Below, in pieces: positions 27,609 to 34,457 of a stretch of DNA of 64,000 nucleotides. Positions within the stretch are counted from its first letter, which is position 1; each line of letters opens with the position of its first letter. The stretch lies in assembly GCA_046734455.1 (NCBI GenBank), contig JBKPRJ010000055.1:14151-78150 (forward strand), given 5' to 3'. The notes below the pieces were generated by a model. The model had not been told where the DNA came from, ran no database searches, and worked only from the letters and a program-made list of their open reading frames with translations. The position numbers were made by a program, and so were the translations under genes. The stretch is from Actinomycetota bacterium (lineage in GTDB: Bacteria; Actinomycetota; Thermoleophilia; Gaiellales; Gaiellaceae).

Positions 27609-27631
27609 ATGGGCCGTTCGGCCCATTTTTC
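27609..27631 (+). terminator. Intrinsic-terminator-like hairpin plus T5 (plus-strand orientation)
   Basis: ATGGGCC-GTTC-GGCCCAT is a perfect 7-bp stem followed by TTTTT. On the minus strand it is preceded by A5 and has no U tract. Confidence 0.5.
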
Positions 27632-27636
27632 GGCCC

Positions 27637-28152
27637 CTACAGACCCTCTTTCCAAGCATTGAGAACGGCGACGGTGTTCTCGAACGCGAACTCGTCCCAC
27701 GGCGGGAGCTCGTCGCGCGCGAACCAGGCGACCTCGGCGACGTCGTCCGCGGGCTCGGGCTCGCCCGACGCGATGCGCGCGGTCCAGTAGAGGTTGAGCG
27801 TCCAGATGCCCCCGCCTCCGTAGCGGTCGGGCCACGCTCCGTAGAACTCGAGCGGCTCGATCTCGACCCCGGTCTCCTCCCGGAGCTCGCGCGCCAGTGT
27901 CTCGAGTGGCGTTTCCCCCTCGTCCGCGAACCCGCCGAGGATGTCCCAGAGCCCGCGACCGGGCTCGGCGGCTCGGCGCGCGAGGAGGATGCGCCCGTCG
28001 TCGTCGAGGATGAGCGCGCTCACCGTCGGCCCGGGGTTCGCGTAGACGATCAGGCCGCACTCCGGGCACGTTGCCGTCGCGTCTGCGATGTTCAGCTCGG
28101 CTGTGCAGCGGGGACAGCTCCTCCAGCCGTCGAAAAACGGACTCCGTCCCAT
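27637..28152 (-). CDS. NUDIX hydrolase with an N-terminal zinc ribbon (NADH-pyrophosphatase-like)
   Basis: The Nudix box is GGFADEGETPLETLARELREETG. The zinc ribbon is CPRC...CPEC. ATG 28152 is preferred; GTG 28185 (the track start) is an alternative. Confidence 0.85.
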   Translation of the reverse strand: MGRSPFFDGWRSCPRCTAELNIADATATCPECGLIVYANPGPTVSALILDDDGRILLARRAAEPGRGLWDILGGFADEGETPLETLARELREETGVEIEPLEFYGAWPDRYGGGGIWTLNLYWTARIASGEPEPADDVAEVAWFARDELPPWDEFAFENTVAVLNAWKEGL

Positions 28153-28166
28153 ACGATCGAGCCTAT

Positions 28167-28304
28167 ATGTCCACCGGAGAGACACCCGAGCCGACCGAAG
28201 AGGAACAGGACGCGCCGCCCGAGCGCCGGCAGGACGAGGACGCGCAGCGGTATCCCGCCCACGAGGATCCCGAGCGCGTCATCGATCCCGACGAAGAGCG
28301 GTGA
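28167..28304 (+). CDS. Possible 45-aa acidic small protein
   Basis: MSTGETPEPTEEEQDAPPERRQDEDAQRYPAHEDPERVIDPDEER has high GC3. Its stop overlaps the GTG of the next ORF (GTGA). Confidence 0.35.
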   Translation: MSTGETPEPTEEEQDAPPERRQDEDAQRYPAHEDPERVIDPDEER

Positions 28305-28594
28305 GACATCAGAGCGCGACGGCGAACGAGCTAGCGCGAATCGCCGAGCTCGCAGGCGTTCCCGGAGAGACCCTCGTGCGCCTCGCCGAGCGCATGCACC
28401 GAAGCGAGCTGGCTGCGGGTGCGGCCTTCGACGGCAAGGACGACTTCGGCGTCGTCCTTGCCGGGATGCTGCGCGGCGAGGCCGGGCTTCTTCGTCCGGG
28501 GGACAGCTTCTCGGGCCGCGTTGTGGCCGTGACTCCCGCCACGATCGCAAACTGCGAGCGGGCGGTCTACGACGAGATCCGCGAGCGCGCGTAG
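28301..28594 (+). CDS. Hypothetical protein (97 aa)
   Basis: The GTG start is coupled to the preceding small ORF. Only the second half of track ORF 28088..28594 has coding character (ELARIAELAGVPGETLVRLAERMH...). Confidence 0.5.
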   Translation: MRHQSATANELARIAELAGVPGETLVRLAERMHRSELAAGAAFDGKDDFGVVLAGMLRGEAGLLRPGDSFSGRVVAVTPATIANCERAVYDEIRERA

Positions 28595-28761
28595 GTGCGC
28601 AGCGTCAGGCCGCGCTTCCGGATCCTCGTGAGCGACGAGCGCCGGCCCCAGGTGGAGAGGGCGTCAGCCGCCGAGTTGAACCCGCCGAGGAAGCGAAGGC
28701 AGAGCGCCGCGAACGTGTAGCAGACGACGATGATCAGGAGATTCCACACGGCTCCCGTCAT
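28567..28761 (-). CDS. Small hypothetical membrane protein (64 aa)
   Basis: MTGAVWNLLIIVVCYTFAALCLRFLGG... ATG 28759-28761 overlaps the stop of the upstream serine hydrolase (ATGA). GC3 is high. It is the only credible part of track ORF 28567..30093. Confidence 0.5.
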   Translation of the reverse strand: MTGAVWNLLIIVVCYTFAALCLRFLGGFNSAADALSTWGRRSSLTRIRKRGLTLRTYARSRISS

Positions 28762-29600
28762 CGTAGCTCCGCGAGAACGGCATCGGAGAGCGGCGGCCAG
28801 AAGTCCTTCGCCCACTGTCCGAACCGCCGGTCGGCGAGCGAGGCGCACGCCATGCCCGCCTCGGGGTCGACCCAGAGAAAGCTCCCGGTGCCGCCGAAGT
28901 GCCCGAAGGTCCGGGGCGAGTTGCGCGTGCCCGTCCAGTGGGGGTCCTTCGCGTCGCGGAGCTCGAAGCCGAGCCCCCAGTCGAGCGGCTCGTAGCGCCC
29001 GAAGTCGGGGAGGATCCCGGAGAGGCCGGGGAACGCGACCGCCGTCGCCTCCTCGAGCGTCTCCGGCGCGACGAGCGTCGGCGCCTGGAGCTCGCGGCCG
29101 AACGCGAGCAGGTCGTCGAGCGGGCCCGCGAGCCCGGACGAGGGCGGGCCTTCGAGCGTCGTCCCGCCCAGGCCGAGCGGCCTGAGCACCGCCTCCGAGA
29201 GGTACTGGTCGAACGGCATCTCGGCCTTCTCGGCGAGAAACGCCCCGAGCTGATCGAAGCCCGTGTTCGAGTAGATCCGCCGCTTGCCAGGCTGGGAAAT
29301 CGCGCGCGGCCCGTCGAAGGGAAGCCCCGAGGCGTGCGCGAGCAGGTGGCGGACCGTCGATCCCTGTGGCCCGGCCGGCTCGTCCAGGTCGAGGACGCCC
29401 TCCTCCGCCGCGACGAGGGTCGCCATCGCCGTGAAGAGCTTGGTCACGGATGCCCACGCGAACTTCCTGTCGGCCGGACCGTGCGTCCACGTCTCCGACC
29501 CGCGCAAGACTCCGGCGGCGGCATGCTCGACCGGCCAGCCGTCGATTCGGGCGAGGGCATGCATGGGGCGCGATACTAGCCACGTGGAGCGCATGCTCAT
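28758..29600 (-). CDS. Serine hydrolase / beta-lactamase-family protein
   Basis: 280 aa with the SxxK motif (ASVTKLF) near the N-terminus and a class-C-like/esterase layout. Confidence 0.88.
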   Translation of the reverse strand: MSMRSTWLVSRPMHALARIDGWPVEHAAAGVLRGSETWTHGPADRKFAWASVTKLFTAMATLVAAEEGVLDLDEPAGPQGSTVRHLLAHASGLPFDGPRAISQPGKRRIYSNTGFDQLGAFLAEKAEMPFDQYLSEAVLRPLGLGGTTLEGPPSSGLAGPLDDLLAFGRELQAPTLVAPETLEEATAVAFPGLSGILPDFGRYEPLDWGLGFELRDAKDPHWTGTRNSPRTFGHFGGTGSFLWVDPEAGMACASLADRRFGQWAKDFWPPLSDAVLAELR

Positions 29601-29973
29601 CTCGTCGGGCTCTCCCTACGAGCCCGTCGTCGGCTTCTCGCGCGCCGTGCGCGTCGGCGAGCACGTCTACGTGGCCGGCACGGCGCCCCTCATGCCCGAC
29701 GGCGCCGACCCTCCCGGGGACTCCTACGGCCAGGCCCGCCGCTGCTTCGAGATCATCGGCGCCGCCCTGGATGACGCCGGCGCCTCGTTCGCGGACGTCG
29801 TGCGCACCCGCGTCTATCTCGTGAAGGCCGAGGACTTCGAGGGCGTCGGCCGCGCGCACGGCGAGATCTTCGGAGACATCCGCCCGGCCAACACGACCCT
29901 GCTGGCCGGAGGGCTGCTCGATTCGCGCTGGCTCGTCGAGATCGAAGCCGAGGCAGTCGTAAGCGGGCCCTGA
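29593..29973 (+). CDS. RidA/YjgF-family protein
   Basis: Real start is ATG 29593 inside track ORF 29284..29973 (126 aa). The sequence reads FSRAVRVGEHVYVAGTAP...RTRVYL...VEIEAEAV. Confidence 0.9.
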   Translation: MLISSGSPYEPVVGFSRAVRVGEHVYVAGTAPLMPDGADPPGDSYGQARRCFEIIGAALDDAGASFADVVRTRVYLVKAEDFEGVGRAHGEIFGDIRPANTTLLAGGLLDSRWLVEIEAEAVVSGP

Positions 29974-29975
29974 GG
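29942..29975 (+). repeat. Direct repeat copy 1 (3' end of the RidA gene)
   Basis: GAAGCCGAGGCAGTCGTAAGCGGGCCCTGAGG recurs at 30184-30217. The last 18 nt are identical and there are 4 mismatches further upstream. Confidence 0.7.
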
Positions 29976-30183
29976 TTAGGCCGAGCGTGACCGCTCGATG
30001 CGGTGAAGCTGGCGACAGGACGTCGCAGCATGGGCGAGCGATGACGCAAGCATCCCCGACTACCTGTCCCTGATCGAGGTTCGCTCGCATCACGGCGCCG
30101 TTGTTGGACCGATTCCCCTGTTCGAGTCCACTCTGCCGGGCTCGACAGCTGGCGTTAGCGCGTCAAGACGGTCAGAAGACGCC

Positions 30184-30217
30184 TTGAAGTCGCGACAGCC
30201 GTAAGCGGGCCCTGAGG
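30184..30217 (+). repeat. Direct repeat copy 2 (relic of a RidA-type gene end, fused to a hairpin)
   Basis: GAAGTCGCGACAGCCGTAAGCGGGCCCTGAGG, read in frame, gives ...LEVATAVSGP*. The RidA gene ends ...EIEAEAVVSGP*. Confidence 0.7.
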
Positions 30218-30230
30218 CCCGCTTACGGCT
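30197..30230. terminator. Very stable 15-bp hairpin between convergent genes (terminator candidate without a U tract)
   Basis: AGCCGTAAGCGGGCC-CTGA-GGCCCGCTTACGGCT has 15 perfect bp and a 4-nt loop. Confidence 0.5.
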
Positions 30231-30253
30231 TGCCTGCCCTTTCCCGACTTGTC

Positions 30254-30829
30254 CTAGGCGGTCTGCGGGCGAGCGAGGTGCTTCGTCGCAACGGCGGCTC
30301 CCCAGCCGAGAAGCAGGAGGCCGACGGCGAGGCCAGCGCCGACCGCCGCGTCGTTCCAGTCGAACCCGGCCGCGACGACCTGCGGCTCGCCGATCGACCG
30401 AGGCTGCGTCCGGACGAACTCGATCTTGTCGCTCGAAGTGCCGCTGGGCTGCGCCCGGACGACCTCGATCTGGTCTCCACTCGAAAGCGCGTAGTCCGTC
30501 GGCAGCGCGCGAGGCATGCCGTAGTCGGCGGCGACGAACTCGCTGCCGGTCGAGCGCGGCTGCTGCACGCGGACGAGCTCGATCTTGTCGCCGCGAACCT
30601 GCGCGTAGTCGCTCGGCAGTGCGCGAGGCATGCCGTAGTCGGCGGCGTTGACCTGCGAGTTGATCTGCGAAGAGGACGGGAAGTCCGAGACGAACGCCTG
30701 ATAGCCGTTGCCTTGAACGGAGGAACCCTCGTCCACCTTCGCCTGCGCCACCGGGGCTGCGACCGCTGCGATCGCGAGCCCGAGGGCGATCCGCTTGACC
30801 AGCCAGTTCCTTCTCCGATTGCTGCGCAT
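30254..30829 (-). CDS. Secreted repeat protein with a C-terminal membrane anchor
   Basis: Likely start is MRSNRRRNWLVKRIALGLAIAAVAAPVAQA (signal peptide). It contains the tandem repeats AADYGMPRALP(S/T)DYA...D(K/Q)IE(L/V)VR.Q and a C-terminal TM segment (AAVGAGLAVGLLLLGWGAAV). Confidence 0.7.
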   Translation of the reverse strand: MRSNRRRNWLVKRIALGLAIAAVAAPVAQAKVDEGSSVQGNGYQAFVSDFPSSSQINSQVNAADYGMPRALPSDYAQVRGDKIELVRVQQPRSTGSEFVAADYGMPRALPTDYALSSGDQIEVVRAQPSGTSSDKIEFVRTQPRSIGEPQVVAAGFDWNDAAVGAGLAVGLLLLGWGAAVATKHLARPQTA

Positions 30830-30925
30830 CTTCTGTGCTCCCTTCCTGCGACCCCTGCTCTTGCGCACCAGACGGAAGGGCGGCCGCTTTTCTTCCACCG
30901 GCAGCCGGTTAGAGTCTTACGGGCC

Positions 30926-32125
30926 GTGAAACAGATCTATCCGGCCACGATCACCGGGAAGAGCTTCGCGCCCGGCGGCAGCGTGCTCGACCACAACTTC
31001 GGGGCGGGTGAGCAGTACACCCTCGGAGTCGAGGAGGAGTACATGCTCCTCGACGGCGAGAGCTTCGATCTCGTCCAGCACGTCGACACCGTGCTCTCAG
31101 CCGCCCAGAACGGCGAGCTGACCGACCGCATTGGGCCGGAGCTCATGCAGTCCGTCGTCGAGATCTCGACCCCGGTGTGCAAGAGCGTCGCCGACGTGGA
31201 CGCCGAGCTCCGCAAGCTCAGGGGCCTCGTCACCGGGATCGCCGGCGAACGCGGGATGCGCGTCGGTTCCGCGGGCACTCACCCGTTCAGCCTGTTCGAG
31301 CGCCAGCGGATCACGGCCCGCGACCGCTACCGCAACCTCGTCGACCAGCTGCAGTACGTGGCTCGGCGCGAGCTCATCTTCGGGCTCCACATCCACGTCG
31401 CCGTGGACGACCCGGAGAAGGCGATCAAGGTGACGAGCGCGCTCCTCCTGCACCTGCCGGACTTCCTCGCGCTCTCCGCGAACTCACCGTTCTGGCGCGG
31501 CGAGGCGACGGGGCTCGCGTCCAGCCGGCAGATGGTCTTCGCCGCGTTCCCGCGCTCGGGGCCCCCGCCCCGCTTCCGCGACTACGCCGACTACGCGGAG
31601 GTCGTCGGCCAGCTGGAGAAGACCGGCTGCATCGCCGACTACACGCACATTTGGTGGGACATCCGGCTCCACCCCCGCTTCGGCACGATCGAGGTGCGCG
31701 TGATGGATGCGGTCACGCGCGTCGAGGAGACAGTTGCGCTCACCGCCTACGTACAGGCGCTCGTGAAGCACTACGCCGAGCGTTTCGAGTCCGGCGGCGA
31801 GCTGCCTTCGTTCCACCGCATCCTCATCTCCGAGAACAAGTGGCTCGGCGCGCGCTATGGGCTCGAGGCGCCGGTCATGGACCTCGCGACCGGCCGCAGG
31901 AACCGCGTGCCGATCGCGCAGCTCATCCGGCGCACGCTCAGGGACATCGAGCCGCACGCGCGCGAGCTCGGCGCCGAGCGCGAGCTCGAGGGCATCCGCG
32001 CGATCCTCGGGAAGGGAAACGGCGCCGACCGCCAGCTCCGCGTCTTCAACGCGAACCGCGACATCGTCGAGGTCGCGAGCGAGATCGCAGACGCGACCGA
32101 GGCGGCAGCGGTGGCTGCGAGATGA
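30926..32125 (+). CDS. Carboxylate-amine ligase (YbdK / glutamate-cysteine ligase family 2)
   Basis: YTLGVEEEYMLLD...ELMQSVVEISTPVC...ELIFGLHIHVAV...ANSPFW...IWWDIRLHPRFGTIEVRVMD is the GCS2 signature. The start is GTG 30926, or alternatively GTG 30983. Confidence 0.9.
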   Translation: MKQIYPATITGKSFAPGGSVLDHNFGAGEQYTLGVEEEYMLLDGESFDLVQHVDTVLSAAQNGELTDRIGPELMQSVVEISTPVCKSVADVDAELRKLRGLVTGIAGERGMRVGSAGTHPFSLFERQRITARDRYRNLVDQLQYVARRELIFGLHIHVAVDDPEKAIKVTSALLLHLPDFLALSANSPFWRGEATGLASSRQMVFAAFPRSGPPPRFRDYADYAEVVGQLEKTGCIADYTHIWWDIRLHPRFGTIEVRVMDAVTRVEETVALTAYVQALVKHYAERFESGGELPSFHRILISENKWLGARYGLEAPVMDLATGRRNRVPIAQLIRRTLRDIEPHARELGAERELEGIRAILGKGNGADRQLRVFNANRDIVEVASEIADATEAAAVAAR

Positions 32126-32583
32126 TCGGCGTCGGCGACGCCGTCCCTGCAGCTCGAGTGTGGCTGACACCTCGTGATGACGCGGAGCTCCGCGAGCTCG
32201 CCGAGGGCTCGCCTTACCTCCTGCTCTTCTACCTCTTCGACTGGTCGAGCACCTGAACGGACGAGTTCACGCTCCTGCGTGACAGGGGCCAGGAGTTCGA
32301 GGAGGCGGGCGTGAAGGTCTTCGGGATCTCGCGCGACAGCCCTTGGTCGCACGTGGCCTGGGCCCAGGCGCTCGACCTCTCGACTGCGCTCCTCTCCGAC
32401 TGGAACGGCGAGGCCGTGGCGGGCTTCGGCATCGGCCATGACTACCGGGGAATGGAAGGCGTCGCCGAGCGCAGCGCGTTTCTCGTCGACGGAGACGGCA
32501 TCATCCGCGGGACATGGCGGTACGAGCCTGGCCAAGTCCCCGACTTCGACGAGCTGCTGGCAGCCGCCCGCTCGCTCTCGTAA
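32122..32583 (+). CDS. AhpE-like 1-Cys peroxiredoxin with Sec (UGA 32254-32256) at the peroxidatic position
   Basis: ATG 32122 is in an ATGA overlap with the ligase stop. The frame continues through TGA 32254-32256 into track ORF 32311..32583 (same frame, the intervening 54 nt are open). The joined 153-codon product reads LLLFYLFDWSST-U-TDEFTLLRD...VFGISRDSPWSHVAW...LLSDWNGE...AFLVDGDGIIRG. Confidence 0.85.
32254..32296 (+). other. Sec UGA codon plus candidate SECIS region
   Basis: Two mutually exclusive hairpins follow the UGA. One is UCACGC/GCGUGA (32267-32282, loop UCCU). The other is CUCCUG/CAGGAG (32272-32295, 12-nt loop containing GGGG). Confidence 0.5.
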
Positions 32584-34457
32584 CCCTCCTCTACGCGGCC
32601 GCGGCGGTCGCGGCGACCTGGCCGGCGATCGGCTCGTTCGGAAGCGCGTTCATGGCGAGCGGCGGCGAGGGTCACGGCGCCCCGCCGGCCGGCGACCACC
32701 TGCAGACCCTGTACCGGTTTTGGCTCGTCGGCCACCAGCTGTCGAACGGCGCCGCGCCCTGGCTGGACCCGTACAGCTTCCAGCCGCTCGCCGAGCAGCA
32801 GACCGTGCTCGGCGGCTGGCCCTTCGGACTCATCTACTGGCCGCTCGGCGCGATCTTCGGGCCGATCGTCGCATGGAACCTCCTGCTGCTCGGGACGATC
32901 GTCGCCGCAGGCCTCGTCACCTTCCTCTGGCTGCGGGCGCTCGACCTCGGCCCGTGGGCAGCGGCGATCGGGGGCCTCGCCTTCGCGGTCGCTCCTTACC
33001 GGCTCGACCAGAGCGCGTCCGGCCACCTGCTCGGCTGGGCCGCGCTGTTCATCCCGCTCGCGCTCCTCGGGATCGAGCGGGTGCGGGTCGCCGCCACCCC
33101 GCGGCGGGCGCACGGCTGGGGGGCGCTCACCGCCGTGTCCCTCGCCTCGATCGCGCTCTCCGGGCAGCTGCACCTCGCGCTCGGCGCGATTCCGTTCGTC
33201 CTCGCCTACGCGCTCGTGCGCCGCGGGCGGATCCCGCTTCTCTGGACCGCGGTCGGGTCCATCGTCGCAGCGGTGGTCGGGCTCGTCGTCCGCTACACGC
33301 TCATCGCGGGCTCGGCGGAAGACCAGGGGCGTTCGCTCGCGGACGTGCGCCGGTTCCAGGCGGAGTGGGCCGACCTCTTGAACCGCTGGCATCGCCCCGG
33401 AAGCGAGGAGTTCGTCTACTTCGGCTGGCTGACACCCTTGCTCGCCGTGGCCGGACTCGTGGTCCTCTGGCGGGGGCGGCGCTGGCTGGCCGTGGTGCTC
33501 GGGCTGGGCGCTCTGCTTCCGATCCTCTTCACCGTCGGCACGAACCTGCCGACCTACTCGCCGCTCTGGCACGCGCTGCCGCCGCTCCGCTTCCCGCGGG
33601 TGCCGGAGCGCTTCATGCCGATCGCCGACCTCGCACTGGCCGCGCTACTCGCGTTCGCCGCCGCGGAGCTCGTGCAAAGAGCCGGGCGGCGCGGCGCCGC
33701 CCTGGCCGCCGGGCTACTCGTGCTCGTCGCCCTCGACCTCGGCGCACAGCCGGTCTCGGCGACCGCGGCCGACCCGGACAATGCGGCGTTCGCGGCCGTC
33801 GCGCCCGGCCGGATCCTCGATCTGCCGCTCTTCGATCCGGGGATCCACTACGGCTCGGTCTACGACTACTACGAGCTACAGGCTCCGCGGGAGCGCCCGC
33901 AGGGGTACAACACGCTCGCGCCGCGGAGCGCCTATTCGTTCGCGTTCACGTACAACCGGATCGGGTGCGGCGTCTGGGAGCCCGGCGACGAGGCGACGCT
34001 CGAGCGGCTCGGCGTCGAGAACGTCCTCCTCCAAACGGGCGTCTACCAGCAGGCGAGAGAGCGGTCGGCGTGGTTTGCCTGGCGCGAGCTGGAGCAGCAA
34101 GGGTGGGCAGCGGTGAAAGAGGACGGCGCAGTCACGCTTTTCACGCGCGGCTCTGCGCCGCGTACCCCGACGGTCCCCGAGCCCAGCCACGACCAACCCG
34201 TCTTCTGTCAGGGCTGGCGCGACGGGAGAACGACCGAGCTGCAGGCGCCGTTCTGGGTCTACGGGACCGGCCCGTTCACCCTGGTGCTCACGTCGGAGGA
34301 GCCCATCCGCGCAACCATCACGGTCAACGGGCAGATCCTGTACGAGGACCGCGTCGACGGGCGCGCGACCGCCCAGCTCGAGTTCCCCGAGGAGGAGTGG
34401 CACGCGGTCGTCCTCGACGCGACGAGCCCGGGGCTCGGACTCGCGTTCGTGCGCTAG
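32514..34457 (+). CDS. Large polytopic membrane protein (possible GT-C-type glycosyltransferase-like); hypothetical
   Basis: 647 aa. About 12 N-terminal TM helices are followed by a soluble C-terminal domain. It overlaps the peroxiredoxin 3' end by 70 nt if ATG 32514 is used. Confidence 0.75.
   Translation: MAVRAWPSPRLRRAAGSRPLALVTLLYAAAAVAATWPAIGSFGSAFMASGGEGHGAPPAGDHLQTLYRFWLVGHQLSNGAAPWLDPYSFQPLAEQQTVLGGWPFGLIYWPLGAIFGPIVAWNLLLLGTIVAAGLVTFLWLRALDLGPWAAAIGGLAFAVAPYRLDQSASGHLLGWAALFIPLALLGIERVRVAATPRRAHGWGALTAVSLASIALSGQLHLALGAIPFVLAYALVRRGRIPLLWTAVGSIVAAVVGLVVRYTLIAGSAEDQGRSLADVRRFQAEWADLLNRWHRPGSEEFVYFGWLTPLLAVAGLVVLWRGRRWLAVVLGLGALLPILFTVGTNLPTYSPLWHALPPLRFPRVPERFMPIADLALAALLAFAAAELVQRAGRRGAALAAGLLVLVALDLGAQPVSATAADPDNAAFAAVAPGRILDLPLFDPGIHYGSVYDYYELQAPRERPQGYNTLAPRSAYSFAFTYNRIGCGVWEPGDEATLERLGVENVLLQTGVYQQARERSAWFAWRELEQQGWAAVKEDGAVTLFTRGSAPRTPTVPEPSHDQPVFCQGWRDGRTTELQAPFWVYGTGPFTLVLTSEEPIRATITVNGQILYEDRVDGRATAQLEFPEEEWHAVVLDATSPGLGLAFVR

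Noticed and set aside
29593-29600. Head-to-head overlap of the RidA ATG (29593) and the serine hydrolase start (29600)
   Set aside because: The hydrolase has alternative in-frame ATGs 2 and 12 codons downstream (29594 and about 29564). The 12-codon alternative removes the overlap, so it is likely a start-codon ambiguity rather than a real overlap.
28762-30093. 508-aa track ORF 28567..30093(-)
   Set aside because: It overlaps the serine hydrolase gene out of frame on the same strand and is antisense to the RidA gene. Only its last 64 codons (28567..28761), coupled by ATGA to the hydrolase stop, have coding character.
30119-30135. GTTCGAGTCC, resembling a tRNA T-loop, inside the 208-bp insert after ridA; considered as a tRNA fragment or att site
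   Set aside because: The flanking 5-nt segments (CCCTG / CACTC-type) are not complementary, and no acceptor stem can be formed. It is not a tRNA remnant.
30480-30660. 105-nt periodic DNA repeats, considered as a CRISPR-like or tandem-repeat locus
   Set aside because: The repeats are in frame within the secreted repeat-protein gene and encode the ADYGMPRALP units. There are only two full copies and no spacer-like architecture.
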